Counted from the first letter of the stretch, positions 1 to 9,141 are shown. The stretch is 42,202 bases of DNA from Thiohalobacter sp. (GCA_026993645.1 JALWSQ010000229.1:1-42202); one strand, 5' to 3'. Made by a program: numbers and translations. The notes: generated by a model from the letters alone, not told the origin.

Positions 1-350
1 AGGGCTATGCCCATCCACGCCGGTTCGGACTGGCCTGCCACCTGGGGGTGGTCACCGGCATCCCCAGCATCGGCGTGGCCAAGAGCCGTCTCATCGGTTC
101 GGCGCCGGAACCGCCACAGATCCGCGGCGCCTGGACCCCGCTGCGGGACGGAGACGAATGCATCGGCGCCCTGCTGCGCAGCCGGCCCCACACCCGTCCC
201 CTCTATGTCTCCATCGGTCACCGCGTCTCCCTGCCCACGGCGGTGGAGCTGGTCATGCGCACCGTCCGCCGCTACCGCCTCCCCGAAACCACCCGCCAGG
301 CCCATCACCTGGCCTCGGTCACCCGCCTGAGGCCGGGCGCGCCGGCTTGA
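1..350 (+). CDS. nfi: Endonuclease V, 3' portion (5' end outside window)
   Basis: The frame starting at nt 3 is open from the window edge. Translation [32 protein letters not shown]...[12 protein letters not shown] matches the conserved endonuclease V core (HPRR.G.A.H.G, GVAKS, S.GH). Stop is at 348-350. Confidence 0.85.
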   Translation, partial: GYAHPRRFGLACHLGVVTGIPSIGVAKSRLIGSAPEPPQIRGAWTPLRDGDECIGALLRSRPHTRPLYVSIGHRVSLPTAVELVMRTVRRYRLPETTRQAHHLASVTRLRPGAPA

Positions 351-601
351 AAAACCGCCACCGGGAACCCATTCCCTGCCTTGAGTTCCAACTGAACAGA
401 CCGACCCCTTCGACCGTTCCCGCGCACCCCGCGGCAGAGCGGAAAACATCCGCCGGATCATGTGGTTGAAATACCTGGCTCAGCCGCATGGCCCGCCTTC
501 CCGGGGCAGCTGGCTAACGAATCCCCAGCCGGGGCCGATACCGAAGAGGAGGCAGGAGGTGATCGAGCCAGAATGGGCCAGGCCCTGAGAGGAGCGTCAT
601 C

Positions 602-817
602 ATGACCCTGATCATCGACACGACCCGCTACGAGATCCTCTACCGGGATCCGCCCGCTACGGACCGGCCGGAATCCCCGTTGCCGCCCGCCGACCCCCTG
701 CCGGATACCGGCCTCCGGATCCAGGAGAGGGAGCATCGGCAACCGGAGCTGCCGCCCTGGCTCGAGCCCGAAACCGACCTCGACGACCTCATCGACCGGA
801 TCGAACGGCGGCACTGA
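602..817 (+). CDS. Hypothetical small acidic, Pro-rich protein (71 aa)
   Basis: ATG is preceded by GAGAGGAG with a 7-nt spacer. Third codon positions are almost all G/C, as in neighbouring real genes. I recognise no family. Confidence 0.45.
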   Translation: MTLIIDTTRYEILYRDPPATDRPESPLPPADPLPDTGLRIQEREHRQPELPPWLEPETDLDDLIDRIERRH

Positions 818-827
818 GGCACGGCGG

Positions 828-1658
828 TCACCGCCAGCCCCACTCATTCCCCCATCTGCAGCAGGGCACCCCGTCGGCGCGCGCTCTGGAACGCATACAG
901 GAACACCCCGCCCCCACCACCAGGTAGACCAGGTTGAGCAACACCGCGTCACGGAAGCGGTCGGGATCCGCATGGCCGCTGAACATGACCGCCCGCATGC
1001 CTTCGAACACATGGGTGGAGGGCAGCATCAGTGCGACCGGCTGCAACCAGTGAGGCAGCACGGACACCGGGTAATAGATCCCGCTCAGGGGGGCGATGGC
1101 GAAGATGGCCACCCAGGCCAGGCTCTCCGCCCCCAGCCCGTAGCGCAACACCAGCGCGGCCACCAGCAGCCCGATGGACCAGCCCATGACGATGAGGTTG
1201 GTGAAAAACCCCAAAAGGGGCAGCCCGAGCCCAAAAATGGAGAAATGGAACAGCGGGATGGCCAGCAGGGCCGCCGCACCGACACCGATCAGGGTCCGGA
1301 CCAGGCTGATCAGCAGCAGTGCCAGCACCAGCTCGTAGGGACGCAGCGGCGCGACGAACAGCTGTCCCAGGTTGCGCGAATAGAGTTCCTCGAAGAACCC
1401 CAGTGACACGCCCAGCTGGCCGCGGAACAGGACGTCCCACAGCAGCACGGCGCCCAGCAGGGCCCCGGATGCCTGGGCCAGCCAGCTGCTCTGGGTGCGG
1501 AAGAACTCGGAGATGAATCCCCAGAGCACCAGCTGCACCGTGGGCCAGTAGAACAGTTCCAGCAGGCGCGGTCCGGAACTGCGCAGCAGGTACAGGTAGC
1601 GCAGCGCCATGGCGGCCACCCGGCGCGCGGAGAAGAATTCAGTGAAGGGAGGGTTCAT
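828..1658 (-). CDS. ABC-2 type transporter permease
   Basis: 276-aa polytopic hydrophobic protein (about 6 predicted TM stretches) with the N-terminal RRV.A.ALRYLYLLRSS.PRLLELFYWP pattern typical of ABC-2 permeases. It overlaps the upstream ATPase gene by 20 nt. Confidence 0.85.
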   Translation of the reverse strand: MNPPFTEFFSARRVAAMALRYLYLLRSSGPRLLELFYWPTVQLVLWGFISEFFRTQSSWLAQASGALLGAVLLWDVLFRGQLGVSLGFFEELYSRNLGQLFVAPLRPYELVLALLLISLVRTLIGVGAAALLAIPLFHFSIFGLGLPLLGFFTNLIVMGWSIGLLVAALVLRYGLGAESLAWVAIFAIAPLSGIYYPVSVLPHWLQPVALMLPSTHVFEGMRAVMFSGHADPDRFRDAVLLNLVYLVVGAGCSCMRSRARADGVPCCRWGNEWGWR

Positions 1659-2400
1659 CTGCCGTCCCGGCCGCCTGGCCCTCGTAGCGGGCGATGTCCA
1701 GGAAGACCTGTTCCATGTCGGCGCGACCGTAGCGCGCGATCAGGGCCGCGGGCGTACCCTGGTCCACCAGCCGACCCGCCCGCAGCATGATGACCTGGTC
1801 GCACATCCGCTCCACCTCCGGCATGTTGTGGGATGCCAGCAGCAGGGTGGCCCCGCGCTGTCGCTGGTAGTCCAGCAGGTAACCGCGGATCCGGTCCGCC
1901 GTGTCGGGATCCAGGGAGGCCGTGGGTTCGTCCAGCAGCAACAGCTCCGGCTCGTTGAGCAGGGCCTTGGCCAGGGCCACCCGGGTACGCTGGCCCGCGG
2001 ACAGGCTGCGGTAGGGCCGTCCCATCAGCCCCTCGATGTCCAGCTCGGCGGCCAGCCGCTGGAGTCGCCGGCCAACCCGGGGCACGGCATACAGGTGGGC
2101 ATAGACCCGCAGATTCTCCGCCACCGTCAGGCGCTGCGGCAGATCGACGTAGGGCGAGGAGAAATTGAGCCGCGGCAGGGCATGATAGCGATGGGCGAGC
2201 ATGTCCACCCCCAGTACCTCGATACGGCCCCGGGTGGGAATCAGCAGGCCCAGGAGCATGGACAGGGTGGTGGTCTTGCCGGCACCGTTGCCGCCCAGCA
2301 GGGCACAGACCGAGCCCCGGCGCACCTCGAAGTCGAGGCCGTCCACCGCCAGCACGGACTCGTAACGCTTGGTCAGGTCACGGACCCGGATGGCGGTCAT
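1639..2400 (-). CDS. ABC transporter ATP-binding protein (ABC-2 exporter type)
   Basis: Starts MTAIRVRDLTKRY. Has Walker A GGNGAGKTT, signature LSAGQRTRV and Walker B LLLLDEPTASLD. I set the start at ATG 2400, not the 547-aa ORF start. ATGA overlap with the upstream BASS gene. Confidence 0.9.
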   Translation of the reverse strand: MTAIRVRDLTKRYESVLAVDGLDFEVRRGSVCALLGGNGAGKTTTLSMLLGLLIPTRGRIEVLGVDMLAHRYHALPRLNFSSPYVDLPQRLTVAENLRVYAHLYAVPRVGRRLQRLAAELDIEGLMGRPYRSLSAGQRTRVALAKALLNEPELLLLDEPTASLDPDTADRIRGYLLDYQRQRGATLLLASHNMPEVERMCDQVIMLRAGRLVDQGTPAALIARYGRADMEQVFLDIARYEGQAAGTADEPSLH

Positions 2401-3320
2401 GCGTCCTCCAGCCGGCGCCGTGCCCAGTGGCCCGCCAGCACGGCGCCCGAGAGATTGTGCCAGATGCTGAACAGGGCGCCCGGCAGGCTGGCCAGGGCCG
2501 AAAAATGCTGGGCGGCCAGCACCACGGCCAGGCCGGAATTCTGCATCCCTACCTCGATGGCCAGGGTCCGGGCCTCGCGCCGGCTGCGCCGCGCCAGCCG
2601 GGCCAGGCCATAGCCGGCCCCCAGTCCCAGCAGGTTGTGCGCCATCACCGCCACCAGCAGCAGCGGGGCCACCGCCGGAAAGCGGTCGTGGTTGAGCGCC
2701 GTGATGATGGCGATGATGACCACGATGGCCAGCACGGAGATCAGGGGGAACAGGTGCTTGAGGGGATGCAGGCGATCGTGCCAGAGCCGGTTCAGGGTGA
2801 CCCCGGCGGCCACCGGCAGCAACACCACCTTGACGATGCTCCAGAGCATGCCCAGAACCGGCACCGGCACCCGGTGGCCGACGTAGAACCAGGTCAGCAG
2901 GGGCGTCATGAACACGGCCAGCAGCGTGGACAGGGTGGTCAGGGTGATGGACAGGGCCACGTCCCCTCGCGCCAGATAACAGACGACATTGGAGGCGGTG
3001 CCGCCGGGACAGCTGCCCACCAGCACCAGGCCGGCCAGCAGGGCCGGTGGCAGCCCCAGCATCCGGGCCACCAGCCAGCCCGCCAGCGGCATGATCAGGT
3101 ACTGCAGGCCGACACCCAGGGCGACGGCGCCGGGCCGGCGCAACACCTCGGTGAAATTGGCCGGGGTGAGGGTCATGCCCATGCCCAGCATCACCAGGCC
3201 CAGCAGGGGCACGATGGTCGGCCGCAGGCCGACCAGGGGTTCCGGCCAGATCCAGGCCAGCAGCGCCCCCAGCAGGGCCCACAAGGGGAACAATGCCGTG
3301 ATCCGAACCATTGCGTTCAT
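2397..3320 (-). CDS. Bile acid:Na+ symporter (BASS/SBF) family transporter
   Basis: 307-aa polytopic membrane protein with SBF-like motifs (GLVLVGSCPGGTASNV, EVGMQNSGLA). ATGA overlaps at both ends. Confidence 0.9.
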   Translation of the reverse strand: MNAMVRITALFPLWALLGALLAWIWPEPLVGLRPTIVPLLGLVMLGMGMTLTPANFTEVLRRPGAVALGVGLQYLIMPLAGWLVARMLGLPPALLAGLVLVGSCPGGTASNVVCYLARGDVALSITLTTLSTLLAVFMTPLLTWFYVGHRVPVPVLGMLWSIVKVVLLPVAAGVTLNRLWHDRLHPLKHLFPLISVLAIVVIIAIITALNHDRFPAVAPLLLVAVMAHNLLGLGAGYGLARLARRSRREARTLAIEVGMQNSGLAVVLAAQHFSALASLPGALFSIWHNLSGAVLAGHWARRRLEDA

Positions 3321-4189
3321 TCAGTGAGCCCCTGGAATCCCCACTGGCCGCACTTGCGGCCCGCCAGCCGGCAGGCCGACTCTAGCGCCTCGTCCAGGGG
3401 CCGTCCAGCCAGCCGCCCATGGACGAGGGCGGCATTGAAGACATCGCCGGCCCCCAGGGTATCCACCAGCACCGGCGGCGGACTGGCCGGCGCGAACAGG
3501 GTCCCGCCACCAGCCGGCCAGGCCCAGGCGCCCTGGTCGCCCCAGGCAAGCACCAGGTCGGCGGCCGGCGCCCGCTTCCGGGCCCAGGCCGCCAGCTGCT
3601 CCGGCCGGTCGAAGCCGCGGCATCGGGCGAAGGCGCGGGAGAACAGCAACAGGTCCGCCAGCGGCAGCAGCCGCTCGATACCGGGGCGGTCCTTCTCCAC
3701 CTCCAGCGACAGGCCGGGCGGCGCGGCCTGACGGCGCACCCATTGCAGCATGCCGTGGGTCTCGTCCGGCTGGCGGCCTTCGAAATGGATCCAGTCGTAG
3801 GCAGTCGGCGACTCGCGCTGCAGGTCGGCCAGTCCGAGCTCGGGACAGTCGCGGTAGTGGACGATGGTGCGGGATCCGCTTGCCCGGCCAAGCCAGATGG
3901 AGGACAGGGGAGCACGGGCCCCGGCCACCCGGCGGCAGGCGGGGGACAGGCCGATGCCGGCCTCGCGCAACCGGTCCTCGATCCAGACGCCATCGGCATC
4001 CGCTGGCAGGACGCCGGCCCAGTGACACCGGTGCCCGAGCAGGGCCAGCACCTCCAGCAGGTTGGCGGCATTGCCGCCCCGTGCCCGGCGCAGGTCCTGG
4101 GCCCGCTGCTCGCTGTCCTCGACCGGATAACGTGGGAGTGAAAAGATCAGGTCGATGGTCGCCACACCGACCCCCAAGACCCTGGCCAT
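3317..4189 (-). CDS. PfkB-family carbohydrate kinase (ketohexokinase-like)
   Basis: N-terminal VGVATIDL and GGNAAN motifs plus C-terminal DTLGAGDVFNAAL, the PfkB signature (DT.GAGD). 290 aa. Confidence 0.85.
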   Translation of the reverse strand: MARVLGVGVATIDLIFSLPRYPVEDSEQRAQDLRRARGGNAANLLEVLALLGHRCHWAGVLPADADGVWIEDRLREAGIGLSPACRRVAGARAPLSSIWLGRASGSRTIVHYRDCPELGLADLQRESPTAYDWIHFEGRQPDETHGMLQWVRRQAAPPGLSLEVEKDRPGIERLLPLADLLLFSRAFARCRGFDRPEQLAAWARKRAPAADLVLAWGDQGAWAWPAGGGTLFAPASPPPVLVDTLGAGDVFNAALVHGRLAGRPLDEALESACRLAGRKCGQWGFQGLTE

Positions 4190-4266
4190 GACCCGCCGCC
4201 TCGCTGGATGGGAGGCGGTATCTTATCAGGGCAGGGACCCGGTGCGGACCGACGGCCGGCGGGGGA

Positions 4267-7200
4267 CTAGTTGGCGGGCGGGGTCGCCCTGGCCGGACCG
4301 GCACCGGGGGCGCCAGCCACGGACCCGGCGGCCAGGGGCAATGCCGGTAACTGCCAGCCGAAGCGGGGTGCCGCCCAGTAGGCGGCCGCCACCGCCGCCG
4401 CCCCCAGCAGGAGGCCACCCAGCATGGCCCCCAGCAGGCCACCGGCCCGTCCGGGCCGACGCGGCTCGACCCCGTCCCCGGGCGCGACCGGCACGGCCGG
4501 ACTCCGATCGGCGCGCAGGCTGTCCAGTTCCTGCTGCAACTGCGCCAGGTTCTCCTCGTCCCCGGCCGGAGCGGGCGGCTCCGCGGTGACCGGCGGGGTC
4601 GCCGGCGCCTCCTCCCGGGCCGTGGCCCGGAGCCGGGCCAGCTCCTCCCGCGCCTCCTCCGCCTGCAACCGGGCCTCGTTCAGCAGCAGTTCCAACCGGG
4701 CCACCCGTTCGTCGTGGGCTGCCGCCGGCACCGGGGACCTGACCGCCTGTTCCGACCGCAGGCGCGCGATCTCCGCCTGCAGCGCCTGCACATCGGCGGT
4801 GGTGACCGTCCGCAGCTGTTCCAGCTCGGCCTCGTACACGGCCCGGTCCGCCTCGGCCTCCTCTCGCACTCGGGCCAGGGCGGCCTGCAGGGTATCGCGC
4901 TCCTGCTCCACGGCCGCCACGCGGGCACGCAATGCCTCGGTCTCGGCGCCCCCGTCCTCGGCACTGGCCGTCGCGGCCGCGACCTCGGCCTGCAGCCGGG
5001 CCAGCAGCTCGGCCTTCTCCTGCTCGAACCGGGCCTCGGCCGCGGCCTGGGCGCTGGCCATGTCCTGCACCCGCTGTGCCTGTTCCGCCAACGCCGCCTG
5101 CAACTGTTGCCGTTCCGCCTCCCATGCCTGGCGTGCCTCCTCCAGGGCGGCGGCCGCCTGGTCCCGTGCCTCCGTCGACACGCCCAGTGATTGCTCCAGC
5201 GCTTCGATGCGCTGGCGGCTTTCCTCCAGCAACGCCTCGGCGGCGGCCCGGTCGTCATGCAGGGCCTCGGCGCTGGATTCGGCCCGTTCCCTGGCCGCTG
5301 CCAGTTCGGACTGCAGCTGTGTGTTTTCCTCACGGGCCTCTGCCAATGCCTGTTCCAGTCGCTCCAGGCGTCCCGCGAGTTCGTCGTTGTCCTGGCGGAT
5401 CCGCGCGGTTTCCTCCTGCGCCGTGGCCAGTGCCCGTTCCGCCTCGGTCCGGGCCTGTCGGGCCTCGGCCAGCTGCCGGTCCTGGTCGTCGCCCTGCTGC
5501 CGCAGGGCATCGCGCTCGGATTCCAGCTGTTCCACCTTCTGCTGCAAGCCACCCAGGCTGTCCCGCAGCTCACGGGCCTGCTGCTTCATCTCGTCCAGGC
5601 GCCGCTCCAACCGCTCCGCCGTCTCCCGCGCCTCGGTGGCCGCCCGGCCCTCGCTGGCCGCGGATTCGACCGCCCTGTCCCGTTCCTGGCGCAACCGGGC
5701 CAGCTCGGTGGCCGATTCCTCGGCCGCTGTCTCCAGCGCGTCGACCCGCTGTTCCCACTGTCGGCGCGCGGCCTCCTGTTCGGCGGCAGCCTGTTCCCGT
5801 TCCGCCTGCCACTGGCTGGCGGTGGCCTCCATCTCGGCCTGCAGCGTTTCCAACCGTGCCTCCAGGGCCTGCCGCGCCTCGGTGGCAACAGCCAACGCCT
5901 CCTCCAGGCGCTTCCCTTCGTCGCGCTGGGAATCCAGTTCGGCCCGCAGGTGGGCGGTCTGTTCGTCCAGGTCCAGGTCGCGTTCCGCCAGGTCCCGCTG
6001 CAGCGTGGCAAGCTGTTGCTCCAGGGCCTCGATACGTGCCTGCCCCTCGTGCGCCTCGGCGGCCAGGCGCTCCCGCGCCGCCTCGCTTTCCGCCAGTTGC
6101 GACCGCACCGCCTCCAGCGCCTCCAGGTGCTGACCGTCCCGTGCCTCTGCACCGGCCAGTGCCTGCCGCAATTCTTCGATGCTGGCCTCGTCGTCCGCCA
6201 GGCGCGCCCGGGCCGCCTCGGCCTGGTCACGGAAACCGGCGGCCGCCTCCTCGGCGGCCTCCAGCCGTTCCCGCAGGGCCTCGCGCTCGGCTTCGAGGGC
6301 CTGGCGTTGCCGGGCCGATTCCGCTTCGGCCGCCTCCAGCCGCTGGGTCAGCCGGTCGCGTTCCTCCTGCCAGCCACGCTCGGCGGCCGCGAGCGCCGCT
6401 CCGGCTTCTTCCCGAGCCTCGGCCAGCTGGTGTTCCCGGTCCCTGAGCGCCGCGTTCAGGCGTTCCTGCTCGGCGAGGACGGTATCACGTTCCGACTGGA
6501 GGGACTTCACCTGCGCCTCCAGCGCCTCCACCCGGGCATGCGCCGCCTCCTGGGCACCTGCGTGCGTGCTGCCCAGCGCCTTCAATTCCTCCTGCAACCG
6601 GGCATTGGTCTCCTGCTTCTCGAGCAACCGCTGTTCCAGCGCCTCCATGGCATCGCGCGCCGTCTCCATGTCCTGGAACACGGCCTCGGAACGGGCCCGC
6701 GCCTCGGCTTCGGCCTCCCGCGCGGCCTGTACTTCCGCCTCCAGGGCCTGGATCCGCTCCAGGTGTTCCGCCACCTGGGCCTCCAGTTGCGACGTCTCCT
6801 GAGCCGGCATGGTCACCACGGCGGCGGTCGCAGGCGTCGCCGTGGCAGCCGGTGGCTCGGGGACGGTGCCCGGCTGACTGCCCTCGAGGACCTCAGGCGG
6901 AACGGCGGCGAGACCCTCCCGCAGCAGGCAGACGTCGAAACCACCCTCGCTGAGCACGAAGGCCGCGGTGGCACTCCGGCGACCGGTATCGCAACAGACG
7001 ACGTAGGGCCGGTCGGGATCCAACCGCGCCATCTCGTTACGCAGGGCGGACAGGGGCAGGTTCAGGGCGCCGGGCAGGTGGCTGTTCTCGAACTCCCCCG
7101 GCAGGCGGACGTCCAGGCACTGGCCGCCCTGCTCCAGGATGTCCTGCATCCCGGGATAGTCGACCTCCCGCAGCAGGGGCTGCTGCAACAGTTCGGCAAA

Positions 7201-7950
7201 GTCCTTCTTGGCCAGCCGCATCAACACTCCATCGGTGGCCATGGTGACGGTGGCATTGCGCTTGGCATCGGAGACCAGGGCATCCTCACCGAAGGCATGG
7301 CCCTGCCCCAGCTCCGCCAGCAGTACCTCCTTGGCCTGGGGTGCGGGCCGGCGCGAGACCAGGGCCCGTCCCGACTTGATGATGTAGAAATAATCGCCCT
7401 CGTCACCCTGGCGAATCACCACCTCACCGGCACTGACGGGGACCGACTCCATGGTCATCAGCAGCTTCTGGATATTGGCCGGTGGCAGCCGCCGCACGGC
7501 ATCGGACTGGAGCAGCCGTGTCATCCAGTCCTCGTCCTCCTCCTCATTGATCTCCGCCACCTCGTAGCCGGCGGACTGGTCCCAGGTGAGCATGATGTCG
7601 AGCAGGCCCGAGTCCACCCGTGCGATGAGGCTGCGGGTGCGGGCCACGGCGGTGAGGTCCCGTGGCTGACGGTGGGCGAGGGGATGCCAGGCCAGATCGC
7701 TGCCAGCCTTGACCCGGGTGGTGGCACCGTCGGCCGCCACCAGATCGATCTCGCCCTCGAGCAGGTAGACGGTCTGGTTGTCACGCTGGCCGATGCGGAA
7801 GATGCGGCCGCCGGCCTTGATTTCCTCGATCCGCGCCTGCCGCGCCACGTCGCTGAAATGCCCCGGCGACAGGGCATTGAGGGGAACGAACCTCTGCAGG
7901 ATCTTGAGATCGATGATCTTCTTTGCCGCACCCATACGCCCGCCAACCAT
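4267..7950 (-). CDS. Membrane-anchored protein: two cyclic-nucleotide-binding domains, rhodanese domain, about 750-aa coiled coil, C-terminal TM helix
   Basis: The second cNMP domain has a canonical cassette (FGEDALVSDAKRNATVT). Rhodanese region LDVRLPGEFENSHLPGALNLP...VVCCDTGRRS. Then a long A/E/R/Q/L heptad-like stretch and the TM segment GGLLGAMLGGLLLGAAAVAAAYWAA (nt 4369-4443). Start is uncertain: ATG 7950 (GGGAAACAGG upstream), 7935 or 8004. Confidence 0.85.
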   Translation of the reverse strand: MVGGRMGAAKKIIDLKILQRFVPLNALSPGHFSDVARQARIEEIKAGGRIFRIGQRDNQTVYLLEGEIDLVAADGATTRVKAGSDLAWHPLAHRQPRDLTAVARTRSLIARVDSGLLDIMLTWDQSAGYEVAEINEEEDEDWMTRLLQSDAVRRLPPANIQKLLMTMESVPVSAGEVVIRQGDEGDYFYIIKSGRALVSRRPAPQAKEVLLAELGQGHAFGEDALVSDAKRNATVTMATDGVLMRLAKKDFAELLQQPLLREVDYPGMQDILEQGGQCLDVRLPGEFENSHLPGALNLPLSALRNEMARLDPDRPYVVCCDTGRRSATAAFVLSEGGFDVCLLREGLAAVPPEVLEGSQPGTVPEPPAATATPATAAVVTMPAQETSQLEAQVAEHLERIQALEAEVQAAREAEAEARARSEAVFQDMETARDAMEALEQRLLEKQETNARLQEELKALGSTHAGAQEAAHARVEALEAQVKSLQSERDTVLAEQERLNAALRDREHQLAEAREEAGAALAAAERGWQEERDRLTQRLEAAEAESARQRQALEAEREALRERLEAAEEAAAGFRDQAEAARARLADDEASIEELRQALAGAEARDGQHLEALEAVRSQLAESEAARERLAAEAHEGQARIEALEQQLATLQRDLAERDLDLDEQTAHLRAELDSQRDEGKRLEEALAVATEARQALEARLETLQAEMEATASQWQAEREQAAAEQEAARRQWEQRVDALETAAEESATELARLRQERDRAVESAASEGRAATEARETAERLERRLDEMKQQARELRDSLGGLQQKVEQLESERDALRQQGDDQDRQLAEARQARTEAERALATAQEETARIRQDNDELAGRLERLEQALAEAREENTQLQSELAAARERAESSAEALHDDRAAAEALLEESRQRIEALEQSLGVSTEARDQAAAALEEARQAWEAERQQLQAALAEQAQRVQDMASAQAAAEARFEQEKAELLARLQAEVAAATASAEDGGAETEALRARVAAVEQERDTLQAALARVREEAEADRAVYEAELEQLRTVTTADVQALQAEIARLRSEQAVRSPVPAAAHDERVARLELLLNEARLQAEEAREELARLRATAREEAPATPPVTAEPPAPAGDEENLAQLQQELDSLRADRSPAVPVAPGDGVEPRRPGRAGGLLGAMLGGLLLGAAAVAAAYWAAPRFGWQLPALPLAAGSVAGAPGAGPARATPPAN

Positions 7951-8138
7951 CCTGTTTCCCTGCCACCTGCCCGGACGGCACCGTCCCATACCCCTTGCCG
8001 GCACCGGGTTTGCCGACGGTGGCCTGCATTGCCCGCCCCCAGGCCAGCCGTTAACATCCGGTCTATCGGCGGCACGACAACGATCCTTGAACCCGTGGCC
8101 GACGTCCGCCCCCCGGGCCTAACTCACTGGAAAAACGA

Positions 8139-8591
8139 ATGAAGCAGGTACGATCCTTCGCGACACCGGAGGCTGCGGAAGCCGCCTTCTACCAGGCCAT
8201 GGCCGAGGCCGACTACGCCGGCATGCAGGGGGTCTGGGCGGCCATGGATGAAATCGTCTGCGTGCATCCCGGAGGACCGAGATTGACCGGTGCCTCGGTG
8301 CTCGAGAGCTGGCGCGCCATCTTCTCCAGAGGCCGGGGGATTCCGGCCACGCCACAGGCGGTCCATCGGCTGCAGACGGATGAACTCGCGGTGCACTCCC
8401 TGCTGGAACTGGTCCCCAAGGGTGACGGCAGCGGGTACTACCCGCCGGTCATCGTCACCAATGTCTATCGCCGTACCGAGAGCGGCTGGCGCATGGTGTT
8501 GCACCATGCCCACATGAACCCACGCCCGGAGAACGAAGGCGGCGAAGTGCATGAGGACACGGCGGAGAAGCCGGGACCGCGCCTGCACTGA
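8139..8591 (+). CDS. NTF2-like / SnoaL-like (DUF4440-type) protein
   Basis: 150 aa. The pattern ATPEAAEAAFYQA...VCVHPGGPRL.G...SWR.IF...TNVYRRTESGWRMVLHHA is typical of YybH/DUF4440 NTF2-fold proteins. Confidence 0.75.
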   Translation: MKQVRSFATPEAAEAAFYQAMAEADYAGMQGVWAAMDEIVCVHPGGPRLTGASVLESWRAIFSRGRGIPATPQAVHRLQTDELAVHSLLELVPKGDGSGYYPPVIVTNVYRRTESGWRMVLHHAHMNPRPENEGGEVHEDTAEKPGPRLH

Positions 8592-8745
8592 ATTCCGAAT
8601 ACGGGACGATTTTCCCTTCCAGCGCAGTGCCGGCAACGGAATGGTCACAGGAAACGACGCTATTTCCAGCACAAAAGGCTTCCCATACGAAAATATTGTG
8701 CTATCTTTAGCGCCGTCGATCTCACCTGAACAGAGGAGTCTGTTG

Positions 8746-9114
8746 ATGGCTGCCAGAAAGAAAGCCGCAAAGAAATCCGCCAAGAAGAAAGCTGCCGTGA
8801 GTGCAGCGAAGAAGCCCGCCACCAAGGCCGATACCCTCAACTTCATCGCCAACGAAACCGAGCTGTCGAAGAAGGACGTCGCTGCCGTGTTCGACGCCCT
8901 GTCGAAGTACATTCGGCGCCAGCTCAACAAGCGTACCGGTCCGGGTTTCTACACGGTACCGGGGCTGATGAAGATCAAGGTGGTACGGAAACCGGCAACC
9001 AAGGAACGCAAGGGCATCAATCCGTTCACCGGGGAAGAGACCATCTTCAAGGCCAAGCCGGCCCGCAACGTGGTCAAGATCACCCCGCTCAAGGGTCTGA
9101 AGGAAATGGTCTGA
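8746..9114 (+). CDS. HU-family DNA-binding protein with Lys/Ala-rich N-terminal tail
   Basis: GAGGAG lies 7 nt upstream of ATG 8746. The N-terminus MAARKKAAKKSAKKKAAVSAAKKPATKA is followed by an HU fold (LSKKDVAAVFDAL...GINPFTGEE..FKAKPARNVVKITPLK). Confidence 0.85.
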   Translation: MAARKKAAKKSAKKKAAVSAAKKPATKADTLNFIANETELSKKDVAAVFDALSKYIRRQLNKRTGPGFYTVPGLMKIKVVRKPATKERKGINPFTGEETIFKAKPARNVVKITPLKGLKEMV

Positions 9115-9141
9115 ACCTGGCCACCGGGCGCGGACCGAAGC

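Noticed and set aside
2401-3282. Upstream 294 codons of the 547-aa track ORF 1639-3282
   Set aside because: The sequence is Gly/Pro/Ala/Arg-rich and non-protein-like, and it overlaps the well-supported BASS transporter frame. The ABC ATPase begins at MTAIRVRDL (2400).
7999-8014. Sigma54-like element cGGCACCGGGTTTGCC (GG-N10-GC spacing correct) upstream of the NTF2-like gene
   Set aside because: The T before GG is missing, and no enhancer-binding protein or upstream activator site is evident. A match of this size is expected by chance about once in this much GC-rich sequence, so I do not call it a feature.
5191-8142. 983-aa plus-strand ORF (also 4424-6133, 4932-6446 and other long frames) antisense to the coiled-coil gene
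   Set aside because: The translations are low-complexity Leu/Gly/Arg/Pro/Ser strings with no motifs. They are shadow frames caused by the GAG/CTG/GCC-rich coiled-coil codons on the minus strand, whose product has clear cNMP and rhodanese domains.
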